A DNA stretch of 64,000 bases from a virus. The notes under the pieces were generated by a model. That model was not told the origin of the DNA and did not search any database. It was given only the letters and a program-made list of their open reading frames with translations. Where the stretch lies: IMG/VR virus record IMGVR_UViG_3300005617_000005, positions 13,875 through 77,874 of that record; one strand, 5' to 3'. The position numbers and the translations under genes are program-made. This document shows positions 1-10,083 of this stretch, one piece after another. Within the stretch, counting starts at the first letter, position 1. Each line of letters begins with the position of its first letter.

Positions 1-2
1 CG

Positions 3-686
3 CAGCGCGCGCCGCGCGGGTTCGGCGCCGGCGGCGCATCGGCGTTCACGATGACGGCCGCGCAAGCGCTCAACGATCATCTCGATACGAACAACTGCGC
101 CGGCTGCAACGACATGACGTCGCAGCTTCGACAGCTCACGTTCGCGTTCAAGGCCGCGTACCTCACGGACACGGGGATCGCGCCGCAGGTGAACCTCAAC
201 ATGAGCAGCGCGCTCGCGATGACGGCCTACGGGCCGGGCACCGATCAAGCGCTCGCGCTCGTTCTCGGCGCTGCGAAGTCGTACACGAACGGTCCGTGCA
301 CCGACGACAGCGGCAACTGCCTCGGAAAAACCCCGACGCCGATCATCCCGCCGGCGGTCTCGGCGCTCGAGCAGCAAATCGTCAAAGCGATCATGAGCGC
401 GATCCAGCAAGCGCAATTCCTTCCGCAGCCCGAGCTCGTGAACGGGCTCGTGCAGGGCTTCGCCGCGCTGGTCAACCAGATCGGATTCGAGCTCGCGAAG
501 CTCAATCAGCCGAAGGACGGCCCGACGTTGATCGTCGACAAAACCGATCCGACCAAGACCGTCGTCGTGACAACGCCCCCGAAAGAGGGCTGGACTACGG
601 GCGAGAAGATCGCCGCCGGCGTCGGCGCCGGCGTCGCGCTCACGGCAGTGGCGCTTCTCGTGTACAATGTCGCCAAAAGGAGCTGA
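3..686 (+). CDS. Tail-anchored membrane protein, 5'-truncated by window edge
   Basis: Frame is open from base 3 (QRAPRGFGAGG...) upstream of the ATG at 51; ends in W-GA-rich TM helix-KRS. Confidence 0.7.
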   Translation, partial: QRAPRGFGAGGASAFTMTAAQALNDHLDTNNCAGCNDMTSQLRQLTFAFKAAYLTDTGIAPQVNLNMSSALAMTAYGPGTDQALALVLGAAKSYTNGPCTDDSGNCLGKTPTPIIPPAVSALEQQIVKAIMSAIQQAQFLPQPELVNGLVQGFAALVNQIGFELAKLNQPKDGPTLIVDKTDPTKTVVVTTPPKEGWTTGEKIAAGVGAGVALTAVALLVYNVAKRS

Positions 687-690
687 GACT

Positions 691-1335
691 ATGAACCGTG
701 TAGCGGCACTTCACCAATTGGCTCGAGCGCATCACGGGCTCGGGCGTGCGCGCGGAGAAGGTCTCGGCATTCCTGGTCCGTGGGGCAACGTTCCGGGGCA
801 AGCGATCGCCGCTGGCACGTACGAGATCAGCGGCACGCAGGTCTACCTGCGCGAGCAGCCGTCGACGTCGTCGGCCGACAAGGGCGCGTTCAACGCCACG
901 TACGGCGACAACGGCGGGAAGGTCGTCGGCGAGCCGGATCAGGTCGACTTCGATGGTCAGACCGGCGATCAGGGCGGTCTGCGCTTCGCTTCCGTCACCG
1001 TGAAGACCGGCGCGCTCGCCGGCAAGAGCGGTTTCGTCGCGATGAAGTACATGGCGCCGGTCGGTTGGACCGCGTCGCACGGCGGAACGGGCTCTGCACC
1101 CGCGGCACCGCCGCCGGTCGATCAGGGCGGTGGGGGTGGAGGCTCGACGCCGCCGCTCGCAATGACGGGCGACGCGTCCGAGAAGTGGAAGCCGTGGCTC
1201 ATCGGCGGGATCGCGGCGCTCGGCGCCGGCGGTCTCCTCTATCTGCTCTTCGGCACGAAGACAGGCAAGAAAGCTCGCCGGCGCGGCAAAGCACGCAGGC
1301 GTTTGCGCCGCATCCGTCGCGGCCGGAAGCGCTAG
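691..1335 (+). CDS. SH3b-like domain protein with Pro/Gly linker, C-terminal TM and Arg-rich tail
   Basis: VYLREQPSTSS...KSGFVAMKYMAP resembles bacterial SH3; WKPWLIGGIAALGAGGLLYLLF followed by a K/R tail; AAGGAG upstream of ATG 691. Confidence 0.65.
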   Translation: MNRVAALHQLARAHHGLGRARGEGLGIPGPWGNVPGQAIAAGTYEISGTQVYLREQPSTSSADKGAFNATYGDNGGKVVGEPDQVDFDGQTGDQGGLRFASVTVKTGALAGKSGFVAMKYMAPVGWTASHGGTGSAPAAPPPVDQGGGGGGSTPPLAMTGDASEKWKPWLIGGIAALGAGGLLYLLFGTKTGKKARRRGKARRRLRRIRRGRKR

Positions 1336-2446
1336 TTCAGTTTCTTCCTGAACGGCGACGTGCCCGTCTTGTCGTAGTACGCCGTCTCCCACGCGTGCAT
1401 CGCGTCGCGAAGCGTCGTTTCGAGCGGAAGCGCGTCGACCGCCTCGTCAGCCGCGCGCCGGCCGCGAGGATCAGGAAAAATCTGCTCGATCGTTTGGCCC
1501 TTGCGACTCAACCGAGCCGACTCCTGCCAGGGCCGGGCTTTTGGAGCGGTGGCGGTGCGGACGGTGCGGGCGGAGGCGTTCGATAAGGGCCAGTGAACAA
1601 TCCGGGATCGCACAACGGACACGGCACCGGTATTTTCCCGTGCGTCTCGCACTGAATGCTCCCCGCTTCGCGGCTCGCTTCTAGGTTGAGCTTTTTGGTC
1701 ATGCGAAGCGTTGCGCGAAGACTCCACACCTCGATCGTTTGCATGACGGCGTACACCGCGATGGCGGCGAGCGAGTAGACGAGCCACTGATCGGTCATGC
1801 CGGTTTCGCTTCGAGCGCAGCGTCGCGGATGCGCAGCCACGCTTCGATGTTGGCTGTTCGACCCGTTTCCTTCGCGTACTTTTCGGCTGCGTCGACGAAA
1901 CGTCGCGCCGAGTCGATGATGAACTTCGCGTCTTCTGCATCGAGCTCGATCTTCACTTTCATTCTTCCCACCGTTCCGGATGCTCTGGAATCCAGTCTTG
2001 AATTGGTACGCGCTCGGGGTCGCTCTCGAACGTGTTGATGCAGCGTCCGTCCGGCAATGTGATCTCTTTGATGTAGTCCCACTCACCGACGTCCCAGAAA
2101 ATCTCGACGACCCACCCGTTGCCGAGCTTGTAGTGTTCGTACCTCAGCTTCGTGATCGAAATCTCGCCGCGATCGACAGCGTTGAGCACGGCGAGAATCT
2201 CAGCGTCCGTGATCCCTTCGCGTTCGTCTCGCGCGAGAATCTTTTTGTCGAACCAGTCGGTCATTTCGCATCTCCGACGCGTGTGGCGCCGTTCGCTGAC
2301 GCCATGAACATGTGGCCATCACAATAGTTCGCATGGTCGTACGCATCGTTTCGACCGTCAGCGGCAGCGCGATGCCATTTCGCGTGATGCTTCGCCGGCT
2401 CGGTGCATCGTTCCCACTCGCACTGCGGTTTTTTCTCGTCTGTCAC
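1332..2446 (-). CDS. Coupled run of about 5 small hypothetical genes (2261-2446, 1959-2264, 1795-1962, 1508-1798, 1332-1511)
   Basis: 4-nt start/stop overlaps; phage-like small proteins. Confidence 0.6.
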
Positions 2447-2508
2447 GGGATGCGCTAGAGCATAGAACTACTTGCGCTTGAGCACAACTCTGGCGTATCG
2501 TTGGGCCC

Positions 2509-2871
2509 ATGAAAAAGAAGAGGCTCAAGCCCCTCGGTGATCGCATCATCGTCAAGCGGGCGGAAGCAGAGAAGACGTCGCGAGGCACGCACGGCTCGCC
2601 CATCATCATCCCGGACAGCGCTCTCGAAAAGATGTCCGAGGGTGTCATCATCCGAATCGGCCAGGGCAAAACCCAAGAGGACGGCTACGTGCGTCCGTTG
2701 GATGTGGCGGTTGGCCAAACCGTGCTCTTCAGCAAGCACGCTGGCACCGACGTCAAGGTCAACGGCGAGGAGCTGCTCATTCTTCACGAGGAAGACCTCT
2801 TCGGCGTGCTCGAGGAGTTCGACGACGAGGAAAAAGAAGCACCGACCGCGGACGCTACTGCTCCCTCATGA
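2509..2871 (+). CDS. groES: Co-chaperonin GroES
   Basis: LKPLGDRIIVKR...IIIPDSA.EK..EG.II.IG.GK...PLDV.VGQ.VLFSKHAGTDVKVNGEELLILHEEDLFGVLE. Confidence 0.95.
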   Translation: MKKKRLKPLGDRIIVKRAEAEKTSRGTHGSPIIIPDSALEKMSEGVIIRIGQGKTQEDGYVRPLDVAVGQTVLFSKHAGTDVKVNGEELLILHEEDLFGVLEEFDDEEKEAPTADATAPS

Positions 2872-3269
2872 GCGTCGCGTACGCATCCGTCACGCACGTT
2901 GAAGCGGCAGGGCTGCACGCGCTGCACGATCGTTTTTTGATCCTGCCCGACCCCGAAGAGAAGCGGTTGATCTGGCTTCCCGAGGACAAGTTCGCGAAGA
3001 ACCGCACCGGCCACATCGTTTCGATGGGCAAGGGCATGAAGGTCAACGGCAAGGGCACGATCTCTTGGGGCCATCGCGTCTTCAAGTGGAAGGGCGCGCT
3101 CGACGAGCTCGGCTTCAACCGCTGGAAGATGCCGCCCGTGAACATCGGCGACCACGTTGTTTATCTGACGTGGAGCTTGCACGTCATCTATATCAGCGGG
3201 GTCGAACACCATCTCGTTCGCGATACGTCGATCGAGGCTACGATCGAAGAGGAAGAAGAGAGCACATGA
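2868..3269 (+). CDS. Divergent GroES-like co-chaperonin
   Basis: ALHDRFLI...TGHIVSMGKG...VNIGDHVVY...ISGVEHHLVRDTSIEATIE follows the Cpn10 pattern with an insertion. Confidence 0.7.
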   Translation: MSVAYASVTHVEAAGLHALHDRFLILPDPEEKRLIWLPEDKFAKNRTGHIVSMGKGMKVNGKGTISWGHRVFKWKGALDELGFNRWKMPPVNIGDHVVYLTWSLHVIYISGVEHHLVRDTSIEATIEEEEEST

Positions 3270-3429
3270 GCGGATCACGTCCTGCATACCGAAAACCGAT
3301 TCGTCGCAAACCGGCGGTGTGCAAAACCAAAGGTTGCGGCAAACTCTGCACGAAGGGCGAGCGTCTCTGCAACGGGTGCAAGCTCGACATCGAGCACGGT
3401 CGCTACGGCAAGAAGAAACCTACGAAGGC

Positions 3430-3699
3430 ATGAGCAAAGCTACGTGCGCTTTCAAGGGATGCTCTTGTCCGGGAAAATACACCGAGCAGAGCAAGACCTG
3501 GTGCGGCTACCACCGCCCCTCGAAGCCGAAACGCGGCTTTGCGCTGGTCTCTCCCGCGAAGCGCTCGTCGTACGGCCGCAAGGGCGCGAAGAAAGCACAC
3601 GCGACGGGCCGCGCGCATCGATGGACGCAACGTGAAGCGTCGAAAGCGGCGCGAACGGGTTGGGACAAGACACCGAGACGAAGAAGGAGAAAATCATGA
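3430..3699 (+). CDS. KGG/GsiB-like general stress protein with N-terminal Cys motif
   Basis: KRGFALVSPAKRSSYGRKGAKKAHATGRAHRWTQREASKAARTG matches the RGFASM..KGG..AH..G.AH.F..EA pattern, degenerate. Confidence 0.6.
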   Translation: MSKATCAFKGCSCPGKYTEQSKTWCGYHRPSKPKRGFALVSPAKRSSYGRKGAKKAHATGRAHRWTQREASKAARTGWDKTPRRRRRKS

Positions 3700-3867
3700 C
3701 GCTACAAATTCTACCGGTCGTTGCTGTCATCCTTGGCCTGATCCTCTACTACCCGGACAAGCTCGGCGGAAAAACGAACGCGGTCGGTCTGAAACTTTTC
3801 TTCGCCGGGGTCCTTGCATTCTTGTTCTCGGGTGCGCATAGCATCTCGATTCACTGAGGAGACCGCG

Positions 3868-4173
3868 ATGGATTTCGGGGATGCAATTCGCGCATTGAAA
3901 AGTGGAAAGCGCGTTTCGCGCACTGGCTGGAACGGCAAAGGCATGTACCTGTTCTGGGGGCGTGCAATCGCGCTTGAACATCTGCCGCACGGCGTGAAAA
4001 TCAATACAGGGGCGTACGGCCATCCACCTCCCGAAGAAGTCGTGAAGATCATGGACAACGAGGGCCCCACGCCATCGATCTGCATGAAGACAGCGCAGAA
4101 CACGATCACCGTCGGCTGGCTTGCGTCGCAGACCGACATGCTCGCTGAGGATTGGGAGGTCGTCGATGGCTAG
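3868..4173 (+). CDS. DUF2829 family protein (Tad2-like anti-defence sponge family)
   Basis: MDFGDAIRALKSGKRVSRTGWNGKGMYL...GWLASQTDMLAEDWEVV; GAGGAG RBS. Confidence 0.85.
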   Translation: MDFGDAIRALKSGKRVSRTGWNGKGMYLFWGRAIALEHLPHGVKINTGAYGHPPPEEVVKIMDNEGPTPSICMKTAQNTITVGWLASQTDMLAEDWEVVDG

Positions 4174-4639
4174 CGGAAGAATGCATCCAGTCGCCGAGCG
4201 TGCGCTTCACGCACTCGGCAAAGCCGGCCGGAAGGCGCTCGAGCGCGCCGGCGTCGAAGCAGCAACCACGCTCGCCGACAGTCTGCTCGAAGACGTCGAG
4301 CAGAGCAGCGGCGGGCTTTCGGAGAGAGCACGCGACGCACGCGCGAAGATCAACGACAGAAAAGAGGAGCACATGGGGAAACGATCGAAGAAGCGAGCAG
4401 CCGACGAAGAAGATGACGACGACGTCGAAGAGGAAGAGGTCGAAGAGGACGAAGACGAGGACGAAGACGACGACGAGGAGCTCGACGCTACCGAGTTGAT
4501 CGACGACGCCGAGGTCATGGTCCGCAACGCGCTCTACATCCTCGAAGCCGGCATCAAGACCGGCAAGGTGTCCAAGAAGCTCGTGGCCAAGCTCGGCGAC
4601 GTGCACGAAGAAATCATCGAGTTGCTCGAAGACGAATGA
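4166..4639 (+). CDS. Hypothetical protein with acidic tract (possible internal start at 4373)
   Basis: GGAGG RBS; D/E tract; second RBS AGAGGAG before ATG 4373. Confidence 0.6.
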   Translation: MASGRMHPVAERALHALGKAGRKALERAGVEAATTLADSLLEDVEQSSGGLSERARDARAKINDRKEEHMGKRSKKRAADEEDDDDVEEEEVEEDEDEDEDDDEELDATELIDDAEVMVRNALYILEAGIKTGKVSKKLVAKLGDVHEEIIELLEDE

Positions 4640-5965
4640 TCGACGTACCCGACGAGAAGACCATCACGGGGCTCACGCGAAGCGAGCTGATCGCGATGGT
4701 CTACTCGTTGAAGAACGAACGTGACGAGAAAGAGCGCACGATCGTCAACTTTGGAAGCTGGATTGACCGTACAGGGTTTCGCACCGTGTATTCGCCCGGC
4801 GAGGTCGTTGGCGCTTGGGACGACGCGCGCGAGAAAGCAAAAACGCCGTGAGCTTCGCCCGCAAAGTCGCACGCCGCGCGCTTCGCAAAGAGTTGAAGAA
4901 GCCCGGCATCGGCAACCAGCGCGTCATCTGCAAAGAACACGGCAAGAAGCCGTGGCGCGGTGATCTCGTTTGTGGGAAGTGCGGCAAGATTCACTTCATC
5001 GTCGAGGAAACCGGCGAGCATCCGTCGATGCCCGACGATGTCTGCCCGTGCGGCGCGATCATGTTTCCGGTGCGCAACGAAGCGGGCGAGTTGTTGAAGG
5101 ACATTCCATTCTTCGGCCGCGTCGCTTGTCGACAATGCGCGTTGGCAGAAGCAGAGAAACAGAAAAATGCCGAAGCCGACGCCAAAAAACTCATCGAGCT
5201 CAAACTCGAACCGCCCTAGCCAGTGGCAGCGCTGGCGGAAGAGCACGCCGAAGAGTCGCATCGCAGCGGACAAGGCGATGATCGATGCCATCCGCGAGCT
5301 TTTCAAGATGGTGCCCCTCTACGACAGCGATCCGCTTTGCAGCGATCGAAAAGTGGGCGAGCGCTTCGAGCGACCGATCTACACCGAGATTCGCGGTCGT
5401 GGCATGCGCACGCGCTATGAGCTGTCTTGACGCGTCAGGTGCGCATCGCTAGATGAGTCGTTGGGGCATGATCGATTCCGACGTTCCGACGAAGCCGAGC
5501 GAGCACGGTCCGTGCGACCATCGCGACATGGCCGGTGATTCCCTCGTCGAGTCGAGAGGCAACAGGCACCGCTGTACGTCGTGCTCGGCGGAGTGGACCG
5601 TTGGACCGCACGAGGTCGTCATCGTGAACGACGAAACGATCGATACGAGGGCTGCATGACGGACAAGAAAATTATCGGCGGTGAAGATCTACGAGCACTT
5701 CTCGTCTTCAAGCCCAAAGCCATTCACGGAGCCTTCGGCTCGTTGTACGCGTGTGGCGGCACGCGTGAGATTTGGAGCGAAGACGAGCAGAAGAATGTGG
5801 TGTGCAGCGGTTGCTGCGATTGCCGTGAGGAGCCACTCGACGTCGACGAGAAGATCTCGTAAAGTGCTTCTCTAGGCCCGTCCGACCAGCGCGAACAAGC
5901 AAGAGGCGCAAGCCTCACCAACGCCATTGGGTACTCCTGCGTTGGTCACTCGGGCCGCATTCTTC

Positions 5966-6415
5966 ATGCCCACGCAAATCGTTCCGCACCTCTGGCAAGG
6001 ATCGCAGCCCATCGAGGGCACGGCGGTATCGAAAGCTGGTTACCGCGTGCTCGTGCTCTGCGCAGACGAGTACCAACCGCCGATGGATCGCTTCGTCGGG
6101 CTCGAGGACGTCATCTACGCGCCGAACGACGACGGTTTCAGACCGTTCTCGCCGCTCCAAAAGGTCACCGCGCAGATGGCCGCAGGTCGCGTCGCCGACT
6201 ACATCCGTCAGGGCAAGAATGTTCTCGTGACGTGCATGCAGGGGCGCAACCGCAGCGGGCTCGTCACCGCGCTCGCGCTCCACAATCTCTACGGGTGGGG
6301 CGGGACGCGGTGCGTCGACCACGTGCAATCGCGTCGTGCAAACGCGCTCACGAACGATGAATTCACGCGCTACCTGCGCTCGATCCCGGCAAAACAGTTC
6401 GCTCGGACCGGCTGA
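5966..6415 (+). CDS. Dual-specificity / protein-tyrosine phosphatase
   Basis: CX5R loop VLVTCMQGRNRSG; PTQIVPHLWQG N-terminus. Confidence 0.9.
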   Translation: MPTQIVPHLWQGSQPIEGTAVSKAGYRVLVLCADEYQPPMDRFVGLEDVIYAPNDDGFRPFSPLQKVTAQMAAGRVADYIRQGKNVLVTCMQGRNRSGLVTALALHNLYGWGGTRCVDHVQSRRANALTNDEFTRYLRSIPAKQFARTG

Positions 6416-6630
6416 TCCGGGTAGCATGCACCCATGAAGCTTGTGGCCCTGAAAACGCCCGCGATCGTGCTCGTCGACGGGCACCACGGGCGGCAGTGGA
6501 CCGCTCAAGACGTCGAGACCGGTGCCGTCGTGCGCGTTACGCTCGTCGATCGCGGGCAAGCCTCTGAAAACGAGCCCGAAACGATCGAGATCGACGTCGA
6601 GGAGCTTGCGCTTCCCGGAAAGGCGAAGCC

Positions 6631-7209
6631 GTGAAATTCAGCCGACTGCGTGAAATCGTCCGCTCCTTCTTCGGCGCCGGCGCGGAGCTCGCGAAGGATG
6701 CCGACACCAAGCACTCCGTCTCGATCGAGCACCACTACCACGTCGAATGTCTCGATCGAGACGGCAACCTGAAGTGGGAGGCGGACTTCGACAATCTCGT
6801 CGTCACCGCCGGCTTGAACAAATACCTCGACGCGACGTTGAAGACCGGTCTCGCGTCGCCGTCCTGGTTCGTTTTCCTCGTCACGGGCCCCGGCGGCAGC
6901 AACACATACGCGCCCGCGGACACGATGGCGTCGCACGCGGGTTGGGCGGAGAACACAACGTACTCGCAAGGCACGCGCCCCGCGTTCACTCCCGGCTCGA
7001 TCGCCGCTGGCTCCGTCGACAACAGCGCCGCGAAGGCCAGCTTCAGCATCACCGGCACTGTCACGATCGCTGGCGCGGGCATGGTCGACAACTCGACGAA
7101 GGGCGGCTCGACGGGCACGCTCCTCGGCGTCGGAAACTTCACCGGTGGTGACCGCGCCGCCGCGAACGGTGACACGATCAACGTCACCGTCACGGCCTCG
7201 ATCGCGTAA
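6631..7209 (+). CDS. Putative virion structural protein
   Basis: G/T/A-rich beta protein (NLVVTAGLN...ADTMASHAGWAE...GDTINVTVT) of a type seen in phage structural clusters. Confidence 0.6.
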   Translation: MKFSRLREIVRSFFGAGAELAKDADTKHSVSIEHHYHVECLDRDGNLKWEADFDNLVVTAGLNKYLDATLKTGLASPSWFVFLVTGPGGSNTYAPADTMASHAGWAENTTYSQGTRPAFTPGSIAAGSVDNSAAKASFSITGTVTIAGAGMVDNSTKGGSTGTLLGVGNFTGGDRAAANGDTINVTVTASIA

Positions 7210-7214
7210 GCGCC

Positions 7215-8036
7215 GTGGGCTTCCAGAACCAAAACGATCTCATCGCGGGCCTCATCAACGGTCAGCGCTTCAACATCTTCAAGGCATCGCAGACGTCCGA
7301 GGGCGCAGGCACATGGCACTCGCTCTGGAAAGCGATTGGCTCGCCCGCGGCCGGTGCGAACCCGCCGGCGTTCACTGCGGGCTCGGGCTACACGCCGACG
7401 CGCACGACGACGGGCGCCGTTCCGTTTACGAACCCCGCGAATCCAAAGATTTCAGCGCTCGGACGGCTTGGGCTCGCCGGCGCGACGGTTGGAGCGCTCA
7501 CAATCTACGATCGTCTTTGGGCGTGCAGCGGTTTCGACACGACGGTGACGACCGCGCAAAACGTCACGACGCCGGGCAATCTCCCGAGCGGTCGCGATCC
7601 GAACACGGGCGGCGACGTCGAGCCGTGGCTTGAGGTCTACACGGCACCGGGCGCTACCGGCGCGACGTGGACGCTCACGGGCGTCGACGGCGCTGGCAAT
7701 ACCGGCCGCACGTGGACGTACACGCACCCAGCGAACGCGGAGAGCGTTGGGCAAATGGCTCCGTTCGTTCCCGGAACCGCGGCAGTGCTCGGGTGCCGCC
7801 AAGTGACATCGCTCACGTGCAGCGTTTCGAGCGGCACGGCCGGAAGCGTCGGCATCACGCTCTTGCGTCGCCTCGCGGACATTCCACTCACCGCCGCGAA
7901 CATCGAGCAGGTTCTCGACGCGTACGGGCTTGGGCTTCCGCAAGTCTTCGATGATTCGTGCCTCGCGTTCCTCGTTCTCTGCTCGGCGACCAACACCGGC
8001 ATCATCCAAGGGCTTCTTTCGCTCCCGCAGAACTAA
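7215..8036 (+). CDS. Putative virion structural protein
   Basis: G/T/A-rich beta composition; lies between two structural-type genes. Confidence 0.55.
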   Translation: MGFQNQNDLIAGLINGQRFNIFKASQTSEGAGTWHSLWKAIGSPAAGANPPAFTAGSGYTPTRTTTGAVPFTNPANPKISALGRLGLAGATVGALTIYDRLWACSGFDTTVTTAQNVTTPGNLPSGRDPNTGGDVEPWLEVYTAPGATGATWTLTGVDGAGNTGRTWTYTHPANAESVGQMAPFVPGTAAVLGCRQVTSLTCSVSSGTAGSVGITLLRRLADIPLTAANIEQVLDAYGLGLPQVFDDSCLAFLVLCSATNTGIIQGLLSLPQN

Positions 8037-9146
8037 ATGGGCACGCCGGCGCTTTCTCGACGCTATCCAATGAACGGCGGCGCGAGCGCCATGTACATCG
8101 GCGTCGACAAATTCACGCGGTGGCAATTCTCGCAGAGCCCAGAAGCGCAGCCCGAGTTCTTCGGCAACATCTACGAGGACTCCGAAACGCTGTCCGCAAC
8201 CGCGACGATGACCGAAACGTCAGAGCGTGTGGTGGAAACTGCACTGCCGCTCGTGTCAACGGCCGCGATCACAGAGAGCTCGATTGCCACAAGAGAGGCG
8301 ACGCAGCCGCTCGCCGCCACGAGCGGCTTTGCTCCGGCCGCGATCGAGACCATCGAGGTCGCCGAAACGCTTGCGGCGACCTCGAGCTTCTCGCCGGCGG
8401 CCACGCGCACCCAAGATGCCGCCGTTCCGCTCGCTGCGACAGCCGCGATCGCGGAGTCCGCAACGCGAACGCAGGACGTCGGCGTCCCGTTGGCGGGCAC
8501 ATCGACGTTTTCACCGTCGGCGGTCAAGACGATCGAGGCGTCGCAGGTGCTTTCGGCCACGTCCGTGCTCGCCGTCGCCGCCGTGATGGTCAAAGAGCCC
8601 ACTCAAACGCTCGCAGCAACAGCCGCGATCGCGCTCGGTGCGAGCACCACACGCGACGCCGGCGTTGCACTCGCGGCCACGAGCGGTCTCTCACTGCTCG
8701 CGCAACGCGTGATCGATGCACTGCAACCGCTTTCGGCCGTCGCCGGCGTCGCTTTCGACGGCGCGAAGGTCACCGAGGCGATTCAGGCACTCGCCGCGAC
8801 CGCCGGATACAGCGCGCACGGCTACGCCGGCGCCGATCAAGACGTGGAGCTCGACGCGATCGCGGACATCGACGTCGAGCAACAGCTCGTTCTCGACGCG
8901 ATCGCCGCGCTGGTCTGTACCGCGACGTTCTCCCCAGAAGATCCGCCCGCGCCGCCGGCGGGACCACCGGTCGAACTCGTCGCGCAGGTGTACGCACTCG
9001 CTGCGTCGTGGCGAAAAATGTCGACGCCGGCGGTGCTCGCCGACCTAGAACAGCTCGAGCAGCTCGCGCGCCAGGCCGGCTACGCCGCGATCCCCGTTCT
9101 TCCCATCCTGATCGAACTCCGCGCACGAATTCGCCGCCGGAAGTAG
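8037..9146 (+). CDS. Repeat-containing structural protein (about 21-aa LAAT repeats)
   Basis: Recurrent [P/T/A]LAAT[S/A].. units, about 10 copies. Confidence 0.6.
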   Translation: MGTPALSRRYPMNGGASAMYIGVDKFTRWQFSQSPEAQPEFFGNIYEDSETLSATATMTETSERVVETALPLVSTAAITESSIATREATQPLAATSGFAPAAIETIEVAETLAATSSFSPAATRTQDAAVPLAATAAIAESATRTQDVGVPLAGTSTFSPSAVKTIEASQVLSATSVLAVAAVMVKEPTQTLAATAAIALGASTTRDAGVALAATSGLSLLAQRVIDALQPLSAVAGVAFDGAKVTEAIQALAATAGYSAHGYAGADQDVELDAIADIDVEQQLVLDAIAALVCTATFSPEDPPAPPAGPPVELVAQVYALAASWRKMSTPAVLADLEQLEQLARQAGYAAIPVLPILIELRARIRRRK

Positions 9147-9156
9147 AATCACGGGC

Positions 9157-9780
9157 ATGCCTACCGCGCTCATCATCGGTGACAGCCACGTCGATCACAG
9201 TCCGATGGCGGCCGAATTGAAGCGGCTTCTTGAAGCGGACGGCTTCACGGTCACTGTCGGCGGCGTCGGAGGCTCGACGGCGAAGCAGTGGCTCACGACG
9301 AATCCTGTCTGCCGGCCGAAAAACGACTGGTGCGTCGACGCAAACACGCTTCCGCAACGTCCCGATCTGCTTCTCGTGTCGCTCGGCAGCAACGACATCG
9401 CGAACATGGCCTTGAACAAACAGCGCCCCGAGCCGATCGTCGCCGACGTCGTCAAGCTCATCGCTCGCTTCGCGCCGAAAACGTCGATGTGGATCGGTCC
9501 GCCGTGGTTCCGCGACTACGGTTGGTACAAAAATCAGTACAGCAAGCAGCTCTACGACGCCGCGCGCGCCGCCGACGTTCCGATTTTCGACTCGTGGTCG
9601 CCGACGCGCGCCGCTGTCGACGCAGGATCAGGCGACGGCGTGCACCTCGGCGCTGAAGGATCGAAGGTCTGGGCCGCGGCTGTTGTGAAAGCGGCCAAGA
9701 AATCATTCCCGTGGCTCGCGCTCGTCGCGATCGCGGGTGCTGCGGCCGTGGCTGCGGTGGTCATTTCGCGTCGTCGCTGA
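9157..9780 (+). CDS. SGNH/GDSL hydrolase with C-terminal TM anchor
   Basis: IIGDSH, GSND and DGVHL blocks; PWLALVAIAGAAAVAAVVISRRR. Confidence 0.85.
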   Translation: MPTALIIGDSHVDHSPMAAELKRLLEADGFTVTVGGVGGSTAKQWLTTNPVCRPKNDWCVDANTLPQRPDLLLVSLGSNDIANMALNKQRPEPIVADVVKLIARFAPKTSMWIGPPWFRDYGWYKNQYSKQLYDAARAADVPIFDSWSPTRAAVDAGSGDGVHLGAEGSKVWAAAVVKAAKKSFPWLALVAIAGAAAVAAVVISRRR

Positions 9781-10083
9781 CGGGCAACTAGCGCTTGAAG
9801 CCGCGCGTTGCGCGTTTGTGCCGCACTTTTTTCTCGTCCGGCAGCGTGTCAGTGTCTACATCGTCAGCATCGTCGACCACGCCGTACGATGTCTTCACCG
9901 GCGAGAAGTATTTGTTCAAGACCCACTCGACGAAATCGATCGCGACGTTCTCGTTCTTTGCGGGAACGAGCAGCACCGTGCGAACGTGGATGTAGTGACC
10001 CTCGACCCCCCACTTCTCTTTCGAGTTGTTCCCTGCCCGCGCGACAACCTTTCCACGTTTCTTCGTCTTCTTCTTCGACATGC

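Noticed and set aside
5427-5968. Leaderless promoters for genes 5453 and 5966
   Set aside because: Hexamers and spacing do not fit the TAnnnT-N5-7 pattern, so they were excluded from the count
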